From: Truepera sp.
Lineage (GTDB): Bacteria; Deinococcota; Deinococci; Deinococcales; Trueperaceae
Length of the DNA: 64,000 bases
Assembly: GCA_965218435.1 (NCBI GenBank)
Contig: CBDCKW010000005.1
Coordinates: forward strand, 320,001 to 384,000
Direction of reading: 5' to 3'
The notes under the pieces are model-generated. The model saw nothing but the letters and a program-made list of their open reading frames with translations. It was not told the origin of the DNA and ran no database searches. The translations under genes were made by a program, and so were the position numbers. Shown here one piece after another: positions 27,443-38,370 of this stretch. Position 1 is the first letter of the stretch. The number at the start of each line of letters is the position of its first letter.

Positions 27443-28263
27443 CGCTGGCCGAGCGACGTCATCGCGATGGCGGTGCGCTGGTATTTCTGCTACCGGCTGT
27501 CAGGTGCTAACGTCCGCGACCTGCTGGCCGAGCGCGGCATGGACGTAAGCAAGCAGACGGTGGCGGGCTGGGTACAGAAGTTCGCTGTTTTCCTGGCAGA
27601 AGCTGGCCGACGCTACGCCAGACCGCTCGGCAGGTGCTGGTTCGTGGACGAAACGTACGTGTGAGTGGGTAAGGCGTAGGCGTATTTGTACCGCGCCGTG
27701 GACGAGGCGGGACGGTCGTAGACGTATAGAACGGGCAACCTTTGGCCGGGCCGTTGGCCCTAGTTCGCTGCTGCGCGAGAAACGTGACTTAGAGAGTGCC
27801 GAAGCGTTCTTCGTGCAAGCGATTAAACGGCGTGGCGTCGTTCCGGATGAGGTCGTCACCGACAAGCACCGGGCGTACCTTCGAGCTGTACGCCGGCACG
27901 CGCTGAACGCTAAGCGCCGCCGCACAGGGCTACACCGCAGGCGAGCGCTGACTACCAAACCAATCGAGCGCTCGCATGTTCCCATCAAAGACCGAGTAAA
28001 GCCGATGCGCTGTTTGGGCTTGGTCGCAACCGGGCAACGTTTACTGGAGGGCGCTGAGCTGGCTCAAGCCGTGAGGTGTGGCGATATCCGTCCACCCGGC
28101 CGAGGTGATCCAAGCTTGGTGCACGAGAGTGCAAGGCTCGAAGTGACGACGTTTTCTTGGCTTTCGTCGGAGTTGCGAACCGTAGCCTGAGCCGCGTAGG
28201 GAATGAACCTCGTCTTAAGAGCAGTTCAGCGTCCTCGTTACCCCAGCACAACTTTACAGTCTC
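27440..28263 (+). mobile_element. IS6-family element, transposase pseudogene
   Basis: AVRWY, WFVDETY, YLYRAVDE, VTDK, IERSH; stops, frameshifts and a 40-bp insertion. Confidence 0.85.
27727..27766 (-). repeat. 40-bp micro-insertion related to 19798-19835
   Basis: Reverse complement GAACTAGGGCCAACGGCCCGGCCAAAGGTTGCCCGTTCTA interrupts VVDV-LLREKRD. Confidence 0.8.
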
Positions 28264-28284
28264 ATACGCCTGGGTCAGGTCTGT

Positions 28285-28905
28285 TCAAAAGGCCAAATCG
28301 CTCTTACGAAACTTTTCCTCTAAGAACCTGCCGTTGATCAGCAGCCGGTCGGTATCGTTTTGGTGAAGGTCAACGACAATATCTTTAAGCGTCGTGTCTA
28401 ACAGCTCGAGCTGTCCTAAAAGCAGCTGCTGCGCCGTTTTGCCGTCTTTGACGGTGTGTAATCTGGCAAAAGCGGGCGGTAAGTTGAGGTAGGTCTCGAG
28501 CGTCTCCGGCAGGTATTCGAGCGCGGTTTGCTTAACGATGTAAGCATGGTGCGTATATGCGCCGTCACGAGTGAGCGTCGGCAACACCTCCAAGACTGAA
28601 CTTTGAATGCTCAAAACGTGCCCCAACACTTCTTTAGGTACTCGGTTTTTGACGTTAGCGACGAGCCCCTCCAGCTCTCCTTTTATCTCCGCCGCGTCAA
28701 GCTGGCTTTTAAGGTGCAGGTCAACCGGCTGGTTTTTAGGTGTCACAAGGTAGCCGACGGCGTAAAGCCCCACCACGATAAAAAACCAAAACGCCCCAAT
28801 CACCCCGGTAAAAAAGAGCAGCAGTCCGACGAGCCCAAGCGCCGCGCCGACGATATTGGGCGTGCTATAGAGGAAAAAGAGCAGGCGTTTCTGCCCTTTA
28901 CTCAT
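28285..28905 (-). CDS. Membrane protein with helical C-terminus (XpaC-like partner of TelA)
   Basis: Two N-terminal TM segments; YLPETLETYLNLP; NGRFLEEKF. Confidence 0.7.
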   Translation of the reverse strand: MSKGQKRLLFFLYSTPNIVGAALGLVGLLLFFTGVIGAFWFFIVVGLYAVGYLVTPKNQPVDLHLKSQLDAAEIKGELEGLVANVKNRVPKEVLGHVLSIQSSVLEVLPTLTRDGAYTHHAYIVKQTALEYLPETLETYLNLPPAFARLHTVKDGKTAQQLLLGQLELLDTTLKDIVVDLHQNDTDRLLINGRFLEEKFRKSDLAF

Positions 28906-28928
28906 AGAGCACGCTCACGAACGGCAGC

Positions 28929-30482
28929 TCACTGATACCCGCGAATCTGCTTAAAGACGGCGCTCAAGCTCTCTCCGCGACCGTCGAAGAGCCGCCCGCC
29001 CGTCGCGTCAGCTACCGCGGCCAAAGTGCTTTGGTCGGCCTCACCGAACAAGATGGGAAAGGTTTTAACGTCGTGCACCGTTTTGGGTAGTGAACGGTAG
29101 AAGCGCAGGAAGTCGTTTTCGGTCGCGCCTTCGTTGTTCTCGCCGTCCGTCATCAAGACGACCGAGTAGTAGCGGTTCGGGTCCTCTTGAGAGGCGCGCT
29201 CAGCGAGGGTGTACGCCTCTTCTAACGCAGAGAAGATCGCTGTACCCCCGTCTGCGTAGAGTTCGCCTACGTAGTTTTGAATGTCTTTAATTTGAGCGTT
29301 TCGGGTCGCTTCACCCGAGATCGAAAACTCTTTTACATCGTCCACGCCACTGCTGAAGGTCACAAACGTCAAGCGTTCACGGTCGGAAAACCGGGCGAAC
29401 TGTCCCGACAGGCTTTCGTCTAGACCGGTCAGGTTAGAGAGCGCGGTCTGAAGCTGCTCCAACCGCTCCCCTTCCATCGAACCCGATACGTCCAGCACAA
29501 AAAATGCTGACGAAGGTTTGCGTACCTCATCTAAGTAGGCGAACAAGATACTTTCGACCGCCTTACGCGTACCGGGAAACGGCAACTCGACCAAGATGTT
29601 TTGCGGAAACGCGCCACTGAGTGCAATCCCCGGTACGGCAGGGCGGCGCAACGTCTCGTTCATGATGCGCGTCTGCACCTCGGGCGAACGCAAATACGCG
29701 ATGAGTTTGTCATACGCAGTCCTTTTGTCCTCGTTGAGCAAAATCAGCGGGTAATCGGCGGTGACGATACCTTCTTTCGGATAGAGCAGGTAGAGCGGTT
29801 CACGGAGCCCACCGCTATCGTTGAGTTCCATCAACACCGACTCGTAGTTGATCATCCCGTCCAACTGGTCTTGCTCGCGGACATAGCTCTCGGCCAGCCA
29901 GCCCGAACTCCCCGAGGTCAGCGCCTGACCTTTGAAAAAACCTTGTAGTGCAGTCCGGTTGACGTCGCTGACCTCTACTGCGTCGGGCGATCCCGACAGC
30001 GCGGCGACGACGCCCATCAGCGCCGTAAAGCCTGAGTTCGACGACGCGGGGTTGGTCATCGCGTAGCGCAGGTCGCCCGCGTCGGCCCGCGCCGCAATAT
30101 CACGCCAGGTCAGGTCGGGGTTATCCACCCAACCCCATGCCCGCGCTTTGCTTTCTTTAACGCCTAGCACGACCGGCGAGAGCATGATCTTTTCTTGGGC
30201 TTTGATCTGTTCGGGCTCCAACAAGGTCAGATACTTAGCATGTGAAAACCAGGCGAGGTCGACCTTTTCACCCGAGGCGAGGCGGTCAACCCCGTCGAGC
30301 GTACCGGTGTAGTTCATCTCCAGAGTGACGCCGGTCTCGCGTTCGATGTCGGGAAAAAGCGGTTCTAAATCTTTAAGTTCGGACCCCGCCATCACGGTGA
30401 GCGTTTCCTGCGGCCCGTTCCGGCAACCCGCTAACGCCGGGATCAGCAGCGCGATGAGCGCCAAAGTACGGCGGAGCGTCAC
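28929..30482 (-). CDS. Lipoprotein with substrate-binding domain plus vWA domain
   Basis: Lipobox LAGC; TNPASSNSG; MIDAS DVSGSM, GGT, MTDGE. Confidence 0.9.
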   Translation of the reverse strand: MTLRRTLALIALLIPALAGCRNGPQETLTVMAGSELKDLEPLFPDIERETGVTLEMNYTGTLDGVDRLASGEKVDLAWFSHAKYLTLLEPEQIKAQEKIMLSPVVLGVKESKARAWGWVDNPDLTWRDIAARADAGDLRYAMTNPASSNSGFTALMGVVAALSGSPDAVEVSDVNRTALQGFFKGQALTSGSSGWLAESYVREQDQLDGMINYESVLMELNDSGGLREPLYLLYPKEGIVTADYPLILLNEDKRTAYDKLIAYLRSPEVQTRIMNETLRRPAVPGIALSGAFPQNILVELPFPGTRKAVESILFAYLDEVRKPSSAFFVLDVSGSMEGERLEQLQTALSNLTGLDESLSGQFARFSDRERLTFVTFSSGVDDVKEFSISGEATRNAQIKDIQNYVGELYADGGTAIFSALEEAYTLAERASQEDPNRYYSVVLMTDGENNEGATENDFLRFYRSLPKTVHDVKTFPILFGEADQSTLAAVADATGGRLFDGRGESLSAVFKQIRGYQ

Positions 30483-31699
30483 AAGCCCGCTGCACCCGGC
30501 GGCAGGCTCAGGCTATCGGTGACGGGCGCAATCTCCTCACGGCGTACCCGGTCGAGGTAGGTTTCAGCCCGCGCAAGTTCTCCCGACAACGTATCCACCG
30601 TTTTTTGCATCGTCCCGAGCGCCTGCACCTTATAGTCCGAGATCATATCGAGCGCCGCGTAGGTGTTGGCAAAGGCTTTTTCGAGCTGTGCCAAATCGAC
30701 CGACGCGCTCGAGGCGTTTTCGTACACGCCTTGGGACTGGTCTCTGAGCATCGCCGAAGTTGATTCGATGAGGTTCCCCGTGGTGGTGTTAAGCGCGGTA
30801 ATCTGGTCTAAAACGAGCTTTTGGTTGGTGAGCGCCTGCGCGACCATCACCGCAGTTCGGAGCGCCGAGACGGTCGTCGTCGTGGCGCGGTCTACACCTT
30901 TGATCAGCTCTAAATTGTTTTTCCGTACCAGATCGAGGGCCAGATACCCTTGAATGCTCACCGCGAGTTGCGTCAACAGATCAGTGACTTTTTGGCGGGT
31001 GTAGAAAAGCATCTCTTCTTTGACGATGCGCGCCTTTTCCGGGTCGCGCTGCTCTAAGTCACTCACCTGCGCTGAGAGTGCCGCATCAACCTTTTTACCC
31101 AGATGCACATAACTCTGCAGCCGCTGCATGGTGTTCCATAAGTTGACTTTCTCCTGCTCGATGGCGGCGTTGTCGCGCCGGAGTTCGTCCTGGCCCCGGT
31201 AGAGGCTCTCCAAAATCGCATTGATGTGGTTTTGCGCCGAGCGGTACTTCATAAAGTAGTCTTTCGCGCGGTTGCCGAACGGCAAGAGCCCCAGCAGTTT
31301 GCGTGGGCTCAGGTCACCTTGGCGTGACGGGTCAAGGTCTTCGACGGTCGTGCGCAGGTCGGTCAGCGAACGGGCAATCGGCGCTTTATCGCCGAATAGT
31401 CCGTCGTCAAGAGCCGCCACGGGACGCTCGAGCATCCGGTTCGACACGCTTGCAGCAGCGCGGATATCGGCGTTTCCGAGCGCGTGAACGCTGTCTACTT
31501 TGCTCTTAAAGTCCGGGCTCTGCGCGTCCAAAGTCATGACCGATTCGACGAACTCCCGAACTTTTGCGTCGATGTCTTGGATGGTCTTTTCGTCTAATTT
31601 GACCATCGTCGCCGCGTCGTCCGGGGCGACCGGCAGCGCGGGCTCGGGTGGGGTGAGGGGTTCTGGCTGAACGTCCGGGGGGGTCAGGTCTTGGGCCAT
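30479..31699 (-). CDS. Toxic anion resistance protein (TelA family)
   Basis: Long coiled-coil; KNNLELIKGVDRATTTTVSAL. Confidence 0.88.
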   Translation of the reverse strand: MAQDLTPPDVQPEPLTPPEPALPVAPDDAATMVKLDEKTIQDIDAKVREFVESVMTLDAQSPDFKSKVDSVHALGNADIRAAASVSNRMLERPVAALDDGLFGDKAPIARSLTDLRTTVEDLDPSRQGDLSPRKLLGLLPFGNRAKDYFMKYRSAQNHINAILESLYRGQDELRRDNAAIEQEKVNLWNTMQRLQSYVHLGKKVDAALSAQVSDLEQRDPEKARIVKEEMLFYTRQKVTDLLTQLAVSIQGYLALDLVRKNNLELIKGVDRATTTTVSALRTAVMVAQALTNQKLVLDQITALNTTTGNLIESTSAMLRDQSQGVYENASSASVDLAQLEKAFANTYAALDMISDYKVQALGTMQKTVDTLSGELARAETYLDRVRREEIAPVTDSLSLPPGAAGL

Positions 31700-31716
31700 G
31701 AGGTGCTCCTTTATAG

Positions 31717-32811
31717 CTAGGGGGCGTTCTGAGCGCGGGCGTACCCTCGTGCAATCTGCCCAATCATCTTTTCTAAAATCTCATACGAGGGCGGGTCAAT
31801 GACGTTGACGAGCGTCTCGGGAACGCTCAGTCCGTGCTCGCTGACAAACTGCTTAAAGGCGGCGCTGTCATTGTTGCGAAAGCCGTAGGCAATCTCGAGC
31901 CGTCCCAACTCAGGGTCGGTGCTTAAGAGCCGCCCGAGCTTCTCCCCAGCTTCGCTCATCGCGAGCAGCACGTGTTTGGTATAGAGCGTCGGTTCGGGAT
32001 AGAGAAGCGTCATCTCGGGCGTCACGCTCCCTTCAGCGGCGGTCTGCAAAAACTGTGACTCGTAGACCATCACCAGCGGCGCTTTCCCCGGTCCCATCAC
32101 CAGATAGTCTTCAAACGGTACCGCCGACGAGTATTCTTGAAACCCCTGCCGAAAGAATAGCGGTGAAATGAGGGGCATCACCGTACCCAGCTGCGCGTCG
32201 TCTTGCACCACCGCGCCGCCGTTAGCGACGTAACTCATCAGTGACAGATACATCGCCGCCGAGTTGCTCCGCCGCACATCAGTCGAGGTGATCAATACGC
32301 CCTTGTCCACATCATAGTTCGGGTTGTCCGCCAGCTCGCTCCAACGCTTTTTGGCCTCCATCAGCTTGAGCAGCGGCTGAAGCTCGAGGTAACGCACCTC
32401 GCCCTCACGCCGCACCAGCCCATTGGCTTCTAACACGTCGGCAATCAGCGTCCACGACGCGACCGTCATCGGGGTAAAGAAAACATCGAATGAACTCTGC
32501 ACGTCGCTCTCGCGGCGAATCTTTTCAGCGGCTGGGGACCCCGCCGGAAAGACAAAATCGTAATCCGATGCCTGATAATCGGTCGCAATCTGCCTCGAGC
32601 CCGCCTTTTCGACCTCGACCTCGAGCCCGTTTTTGCGCAGCGCCGACTGCACCTGCTCATCGAGAAAAAAGTCCTCTTTTTCCGACCCGATAAGGCCCCG
32701 CACCGTGATGACGCGGCGAGCACTGAGCTGACCGGTAATCGACACGTAGAGCCCAAGGCCGACCCCCGCGACAAGGAGGACGGTGAGCAGAGGCCCTAAA
32801 AATCGTTTCAC
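31717..32811 (-). CDS. Membrane-anchored substrate-binding-like protein
   Basis: N-terminal TM; IGSEK, AGSR, SNSAAMY, YESQF; first gene of the TelA operon. Confidence 0.75.
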   Translation of the reverse strand: MKRFLGPLLTVLLVAGVGLGLYVSITGQLSARRVITVRGLIGSEKEDFFLDEQVQSALRKNGLEVEVEKAGSRQIATDYQASDYDFVFPAGSPAAEKIRRESDVQSSFDVFFTPMTVASWTLIADVLEANGLVRREGEVRYLELQPLLKLMEAKKRWSELADNPNYDVDKGVLITSTDVRRSNSAAMYLSLMSYVANGGAVVQDDAQLGTVMPLISPLFFRQGFQEYSSAVPFEDYLVMGPGKAPLVMVYESQFLQTAAEGSVTPEMTLLYPEPTLYTKHVLLAMSEAGEKLGRLLSTDPELGRLEIAYGFRNNDSAAFKQFVSEHGLSVPETLVNVIDPPSYEILEKMIGQIARGYARAQNAP

Positions 32812-33048
32812 AGTGGTTGCTGGCTCCTATTCGCAAAAGACAAAGTAATCTAATAGTAGACCGAAACTACGTCAGAGGTATGTCAGAACTTTGCTTCCGG
32901 GTGATGTCAGGTTCATGTAGTTGGGTAGCTGTCATGTGGGCGGCTCGAGCAAATACGCCAGCAAAAGGACCTCGGAGTGATAAACACTTTTCGGCACACG
33001 CTTTTTCACCTCACTACAGGTGGGTTCTATAAGTACGACATTCATAGT

Positions 33049-33077
33049 AAAAGGCCGGTAGCTTTCAGCTACCGGCC
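33049..33077 (-). terminator. Rho-independent terminator
   Basis: 11-bp stem GGCCGGTAGCT/AGCTACCGGCC followed by TTTT on the minus strand, just after the 33096 stop. Confidence 0.8.
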
Positions 33078-33095
33078 CAAAGGATCAAGGCAACA

Positions 33096-35606
33096 CTACT
33101 CGTCGTCGGCTAAAAACAGCACACTCTGAACCGGGTCGGTGGCAGCACTGCGAAAGCTGTTGATGGCCTCCGGCATCGCCAGCTCAGCGCCTTTGATCGC
33201 GCCCCACAAGATTTCGTTAAAGGTCTGTTCCTCAGCTCTTGAGAACTGGTCAGCTTCTTCATCTAGGTCTAGAGCCAGCGAGTCCTCGGCGCGGTAGGCG
33301 TCCGCTGGGTTCATTTCGCCCAGCGGCTGTTTTGGTGTAATTGCGGTGTACGGTGTCAGGTCAGGTGTATCGGTAAAGGCTGCAAACATCGGCGTGGCCT
33401 CGGCGTCGAACTGCGTCATCGGTGGCAAGCCGAGCATCAGCTCGAGCGTGCGTAAAAGCGAGACTGTCGAGTATTCGGTGTGATCCACGGTGCCACGTTT
33501 GACATAGGGCGAGATAGCGTAGCAAACGGTGCGGTGTGCGTCTACGTGGTCAGGGCCGTTCTGAGCGTCGTCTTCGATAACAAAAACTGCCGTACTCTTC
33601 CAATAGGGCGAGTTTGAGACGTGTTCGACAAGCCGCGCAAGCGCGAGGTCGTTGTCGGCCATCATCGCTTTAGGCGTCGGCATTTCAGGACGCGTCCCGG
33701 CGGTGTGATCGTTGGGTAAGCGGACGATCATCAGCTGCGGCAGGTTGTCTTGCGCCACGTATTTATCAAACTCACGTTTCCAGGCTTCGTAACGAGATTG
33801 GTCGGTGACCTCGAGGTTATACCCGGAGAAGTTCGGCGCGACATTGCCCTCAAGCGCGTTCTCGACCGAGCCGAAAGGTGCCGGTTCGACGTTAGGCGGC
33901 TCAGCCGAGGTAAATTCGCCGTAGACGCGGAAAGATACATTAGCTCTCGAGGCGAAATCCCATAAGTACCCACCTTCGGGAGCCGGGGCCGACGAGCCAC
34001 CCTCCCAATCATAAGCACGGTCGCGCCCGGAATAGCCGGTCGGCCAGGTTTTTTGTACATAGTCGGTAGCGACTGCGCCCACTGACCAGTTGTGCCCGTC
34101 CGGTGAGACTTCGGCGCTGACATAACAGTTGTCGAACAAGACAAACTGCTCAGCCAAGGCGTGATGGTTGGGCGCACTGTCCCGGCCGAAAAGCACCAAG
34201 CTCGGGTCGCCGTCACCTTGGGGTAAGTCGCCTAAAATCTGATCATAGGTACGGTTCTCTTTGATGACGTAAATCACGTGTTTGATCGGCGTTGGATCCC
34301 CCACACGTCGTGGGACAGCCCTGGCTTGCGTTTTCTTGGACGACCGGGTGAGCGTTTGCCTGGTCTCGTCGAAGCCGTTGTTTTGAACTACCTGGGCGGT
34401 GTGGCGGGTTAAAGTGTCCGCACCCGGCACAGGAATTACCGAGATTGTGCCTCGCGCCATGTTGCCGATGTACTGCTCATCGGGCGGGCTTTCGGCAAGG
34501 GTCGGATTGGCTCCCCTGGGGTTCGGCCCGGCCCCCAACCCTTTCATGTTCGTAACGTAGAGCCGCGTGCCGTCGTCTGACAGCGCCAGCGTGCTGGGAA
34601 ACCACGCCGTAGGGATAAGACCCTGCACCTCGAGCGTAGCCGTATCGACCACTGCAACGTCATTGTTGCCGCCGTTGGCGACGTAGAGCGTTTTGCCGTC
34701 TTTAGAAATCGTCAAGGCGTTCGGCATCGAGCCCATCGGCGCGTCCGGATACGGAGCCAGCTCGACTGTGCCCGTCACCTTGTCGGTCGCCGTATTGATG
34801 ACGCTTACGGTGTCGGAGTTTGTGTTCGTCACATAAAGCTGTTTTGCGCCTGGTGACAGCAAAAGGTCGGTAGCGTGTCCCCCCGTAGCGACGTGACCGG
34901 TGCGTTTTTGTTGGGCCACGTCAACGATGCTGACCCCGCCGCCGTTCCACTCCGAGACGTAGAGCTTGCTGCCATTTGGCGTAAGGGTAAGCTGATACGG
35001 CAACACCCCGATGTCTTCTTCGGAAGCGGGCGATGAGAGCCGGATACGTCCCTGCATTTTCCCGTTAGCCGTGTTGATAACGGCGACCGAATTGTCGAGG
35101 TTAAGGGCAGCGTAGAGCGTTTTGCCGTCTTCTGAAAGGGCCAAACCAGCAACAAACAAGTCGCCTTCGTCGTTATTATCGAGCATAATGGACTCACGTT
35201 CTTGAAGCCCTTGCTCACCAAGGTCGTAAACGCGAATCTTGTCGTTGGCTCCGGCTGAGGCGTAAACCTTTGAACCGTCTTGCGAAACGACGACGCCCAA
35301 AAAGAGTGCTTCGGGGGTAGCGTAAGGAATCTCCTGCACCACCTTATCGGTATAGGTATCGAAAAGCACCAAGCTCTGAACGCCCTGGCCGTTGTTCGAT
35401 ACGAGTAGGTAGCGACCGTCCGGGGTCGCGGTCATGCCCATCGGTCTGTCGCCAATTTCGACTTGCAAGCCTGCCGGGGTGAGCTGCCAGTGGTCGGGGG
35501 TTTCACCGGTGGCAACAGGGTTTGGCCCGACACGACCGGGGTCACTCACCATTTGAGCGCTGACGATGCCCAGCGCAGCTAAAAGTACTGTCAAATAAGC
35601 TTTCAT
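33096..35606 (-). CDS. Secreted YVTN/YncE beta-propeller fused to a phosphoesterase (alkaline-phosphatase superfamily) domain
   Basis: Repeats LYVTNTNSDTVSVINT; IKENRTYDQILGD; LPNDHT; EDDAQNGPDHVDAHR. Confidence 0.9.
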   Translation of the reverse strand: MKAYLTVLLAALGIVSAQMVSDPGRVGPNPVATGETPDHWQLTPAGLQVEIGDRPMGMTATPDGRYLLVSNNGQGVQSLVLFDTYTDKVVQEIPYATPEALFLGVVVSQDGSKVYASAGANDKIRVYDLGEQGLQERESIMLDNNDEGDLFVAGLALSEDGKTLYAALNLDNSVAVINTANGKMQGRIRLSSPASEEDIGVLPYQLTLTPNGSKLYVSEWNGGGVSIVDVAQQKRTGHVATGGHATDLLLSPGAKQLYVTNTNSDTVSVINTATDKVTGTVELAPYPDAPMGSMPNALTISKDGKTLYVANGGNNDVAVVDTATLEVQGLIPTAWFPSTLALSDDGTRLYVTNMKGLGAGPNPRGANPTLAESPPDEQYIGNMARGTISVIPVPGADTLTRHTAQVVQNNGFDETRQTLTRSSKKTQARAVPRRVGDPTPIKHVIYVIKENRTYDQILGDLPQGDGDPSLVLFGRDSAPNHHALAEQFVLFDNCYVSAEVSPDGHNWSVGAVATDYVQKTWPTGYSGRDRAYDWEGGSSAPAPEGGYLWDFASRANVSFRVYGEFTSAEPPNVEPAPFGSVENALEGNVAPNFSGYNLEVTDQSRYEAWKREFDKYVAQDNLPQLMIVRLPNDHTAGTRPEMPTPKAMMADNDLALARLVEHVSNSPYWKSTAVFVIEDDAQNGPDHVDAHRTVCYAISPYVKRGTVDHTEYSTVSLLRTLELMLGLPPMTQFDAEATPMFAAFTDTPDLTPYTAITPKQPLGEMNPADAYRAEDSLALDLDEEADQFSRAEEQTFNEILWGAIKGAELAMPEAINSFRSAATDPVQSVLFLADDE

Positions 35607-35877
35607 CTCTACCTCTTTCACGTTGGCTTACCAAGTACGGCTGTCCGGACGAGTTCACCTTAGTGCCGCTACGTCAGATGAGCATCAGTTATGGAGGTTC
35701 TACTTCACTAAGAAAACACTTTGTGGTGTTCGTATGAAACTTTCCAAACGTTTTAAGCTAAGCTTTGAAGCTGCGGCCGCAGTTCAGTACAAATATAGCT
35801 ATGACTTCTAACGCCACGCTTTCTACTTTTGTTCTCAAACCTTAGTCAGCGAGAATCGCTCTCTGAACACGTACTAC

Positions 35878-35921
35878 TTACAGCTGTAATGCAAGACCGC
35901 TTACAGCTGTAAGCGGTCTTG
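35878..35921. repeat. Perfect 30-bp palindrome (35892-35921) plus a second TTACAGCTGTAA core (35878-35889)
   Basis: CAAGACCGCTTACAG-CTGTAAGCGGTCTTG. Confidence 0.85.
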
Positions 35922-36224
35922 TGACATAGATGGCGGGCTCAGGTATGGTCACCAGGCATGGTTGTGGTAACGCCTCACGTGCTCGGCCCACCTTAAGCAC
36001 GTCTAGAAAAGTCTAAAAAAGTATCGCTGCATAGAACGGTCCGGCTGTCCTGCTCGTACATGTTGTTACCGCATACCGCATCGCATTTACGTCAGAAACA
36101 GACAAATCTGTCTAGACGACAGCACCGCAATGCTTTCAGCTACAGAGTCGGCAAGACCACTGCAAAGCATTCTCCAAAATACGCAACGGTTTGGGTGCCA
36201 GCTATGAGGTTCTATGATCCGTGG

Positions 36225-37838
36225 TTACTGGCCACTACCCCCGCTTGCAGCGTTGTCATCCTGTTGTGCCCGCTCGGTTAGGTTTAAGGCGTAGTTCATC
36301 ACCTGAAACAGATAGTTCTGTTCGATCACGCCGCGTACTAAGTATGAACGGGGACCTACGGCGTAGGCTGCCACATCGGTGCCGCCGTGGGTTTCGCTGT
36401 CTAAAGGCACAAGCGCCTGCTGCAAGTAGTCTTTGTCTTGAACTTTCGTACCTGCCAGGTTGGGGCGTTGCGGCGCACGTCCGGTACCCTCTGGGACGGT
36501 ACCGTCGTCGTTTTCCTCAGCGTAGTAGATCGATCCCGGACCGTTTAAAAACCCCAAAGTGGTATAGGGTTTACCGTCTTGGGCCATTACGACTTCGGAC
36601 TTGCCGGTCTCTTCGTTGACCGCCTTGACGAGTCCAAGGATCGGGTTGCCGCGCTCAGGGTAACCGGCAAACGCCAGCGTGTGCCCGTGGTCGGAAGTGA
36701 CGAGGATAAGGGTGTCCTCGAGGTTCACCTTATCGAGCGTCATTTGAATCGTCTTAGCAAACTCGATGTTATCGGTTAGCGCACGGTAGGCGTTATTGGC
36801 GTGCAGCGCGTGGTCAACGCGGCCCGCTTCGACTTGCAGTACATAACCGGCATCATTTTTGGACAAAATGTCAATCGCCTTAGCGGTCATTTCAGAGAGC
36901 GACGGCTCACCCGCAGTGTCGTCCTCGCGGTCAGCTTCGTACTGCATGTGCGAAGGTTCAAAGAGCCCTAACAGATGGTCGGTCGTTGCCGGGTCAACGG
37001 CGTCGAACTGCTTTTTGTTCCAGACGTAGGCAGCGTTGTCGTACTGGCTCGTCCACTTTTTAGTAAGGTTTTGGCCGTCTAGCCGCGCGCCCATCTCTTC
37101 AGAGTCTTCGGGGTCGGTCATTGTCTCGGGTAAGAAGTTCGGACGGCCTCCACCCATCGCGACCTCGAGGCCGTCCCCATAAGGAAACGCCAGCAGCTGC
37201 GCCGCGATGTCTGTACAACCGTTTTGTTTGGCCTCGTCGCTCAGGTCGGCGTCCGACTCCCAGTCGCGATTGGCGGTATGGGCGTAATTGGCAGCAGGCG
37301 TCGCGTGCGTCAGGCGAGCGGTTGAAACCGTACCGGTAGACATTCCAGCTATCTCTGCAAGCTCGAAAATCGAAGTAACCGTATTGCCTTTTTGTGACGC
37401 GCAGTTGTCGTGCTTCACCTGAGCGTTCACGCCAATAGTGCCGTTGTTGCTCTTGACCCCACTGTTCCACGCGGTGGCGGTCGGCGCGGAGTCGGGAACT
37501 TGCGAATCGGCGGTGTAGGTCTTGACCAAGGCGACGTTAGGAAACGTGTCGTAGCTGAGGACGTTCTCCTCACCGCTCATCCCTTTTTGCTGACCGTCTA
37601 AGATGCGCGTCGCGGTAATACTTACCGGGTCGGCACCATCGGCAATAAAGATGATGACGTTTTTGGCCTGATTGGTGTTGGGCTGGATTTTGAGCAGCTG
37701 CTGCAAGGTCTGCTGGCTCTGCTTGTACCATTCGTTCTGGCTTTGGGCAAGTGGACCAGCGCCCTGCGCCGACGCGGTTCCTAGTGCCAGGGCTGGAACA
37801 AGAACGGCTGACACGACTAGACGGGCCGAAGTGCTCAT
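36225..37838 (-). CDS. phoA: Alkaline phosphatase (PhoA family), exported
   Basis: NVIIFIADG, VPDSA catalytic Ser, THATPAA, EAGRVDHALH, SDHGH, ETHGG. Confidence 0.92.
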   Translation of the reverse strand: MSTSARLVVSAVLVPALALGTASAQGAGPLAQSQNEWYKQSQQTLQQLLKIQPNTNQAKNVIIFIADGADPVSITATRILDGQQKGMSGEENVLSYDTFPNVALVKTYTADSQVPDSAPTATAWNSGVKSNNGTIGVNAQVKHDNCASQKGNTVTSIFELAEIAGMSTGTVSTARLTHATPAANYAHTANRDWESDADLSDEAKQNGCTDIAAQLLAFPYGDGLEVAMGGGRPNFLPETMTDPEDSEEMGARLDGQNLTKKWTSQYDNAAYVWNKKQFDAVDPATTDHLLGLFEPSHMQYEADREDDTAGEPSLSEMTAKAIDILSKNDAGYVLQVEAGRVDHALHANNAYRALTDNIEFAKTIQMTLDKVNLEDTLILVTSDHGHTLAFAGYPERGNPILGLVKAVNEETGKSEVVMAQDGKPYTTLGFLNGPGSIYYAEENDDGTVPEGTGRAPQRPNLAGTKVQDKDYLQQALVPLDSETHGGTDVAAYAVGPRSYLVRGVIEQNYLFQVMNYALNLTERAQQDDNAASGGSGQ

Positions 37839-37977
37839 AGTGCCTCCTCGAGACAGCGGGGCAGTCTAGTTAAGCGCCCACCTGACGGTCTCAGAAGCCG
37901 AGCTTAAGTAAGAAATGTCAGCCGCGCGTAAGCTCGGGCGCTGACGCGCAGCTTACAAATAGACATTAGGTTAGACC

Positions 37978-38370
37978 ATGACCCACAAACTGATCGCGTT
38001 TTTGCTCCTAGCAACCTCTATCGTTGGACACGCCGAGAAGGTAGTACCGGGCAGCCTTCAAGACGTGCAGGCACAAAAACTGTTCGAAGCCTTAAACGCT
38101 GTTCAGGTGGAGTGTCCCGCGTCTCTAGCAGGAATAGAGAGTGACGTGCTGTGCGCCACCACCGCCCAAGACGCACCGACCTTTAGAACGATTGTGGACG
38201 CGAACACCGCGCACCTCAAACCGGTCAGCCTCTGGGCGTCGTACACCAATAAGCACGACCAGCAGCGGTCTTACCTCTATAAAGATGGCTTTATGACCCT
38301 GACCTATTTTCAAGACAAGGCCACGGGTCGCAACTTTATAGTCGTCCAGTACGTGATGCCCCACGATTAG
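37978..38370 (+). CDS. Exported hypothetical protein
   Basis: Signal peptide; two Cys residues. Confidence 0.65.
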   Translation: MTHKLIAFLLLATSIVGHAEKVVPGSLQDVQAQKLFEALNAVQVECPASLAGIESDVLCATTAQDAPTFRTIVDANTAHLKPVSLWASYTNKHDQQRSYLYKDGFMTLTYFQDKATGRNFIVVQYVMPHD

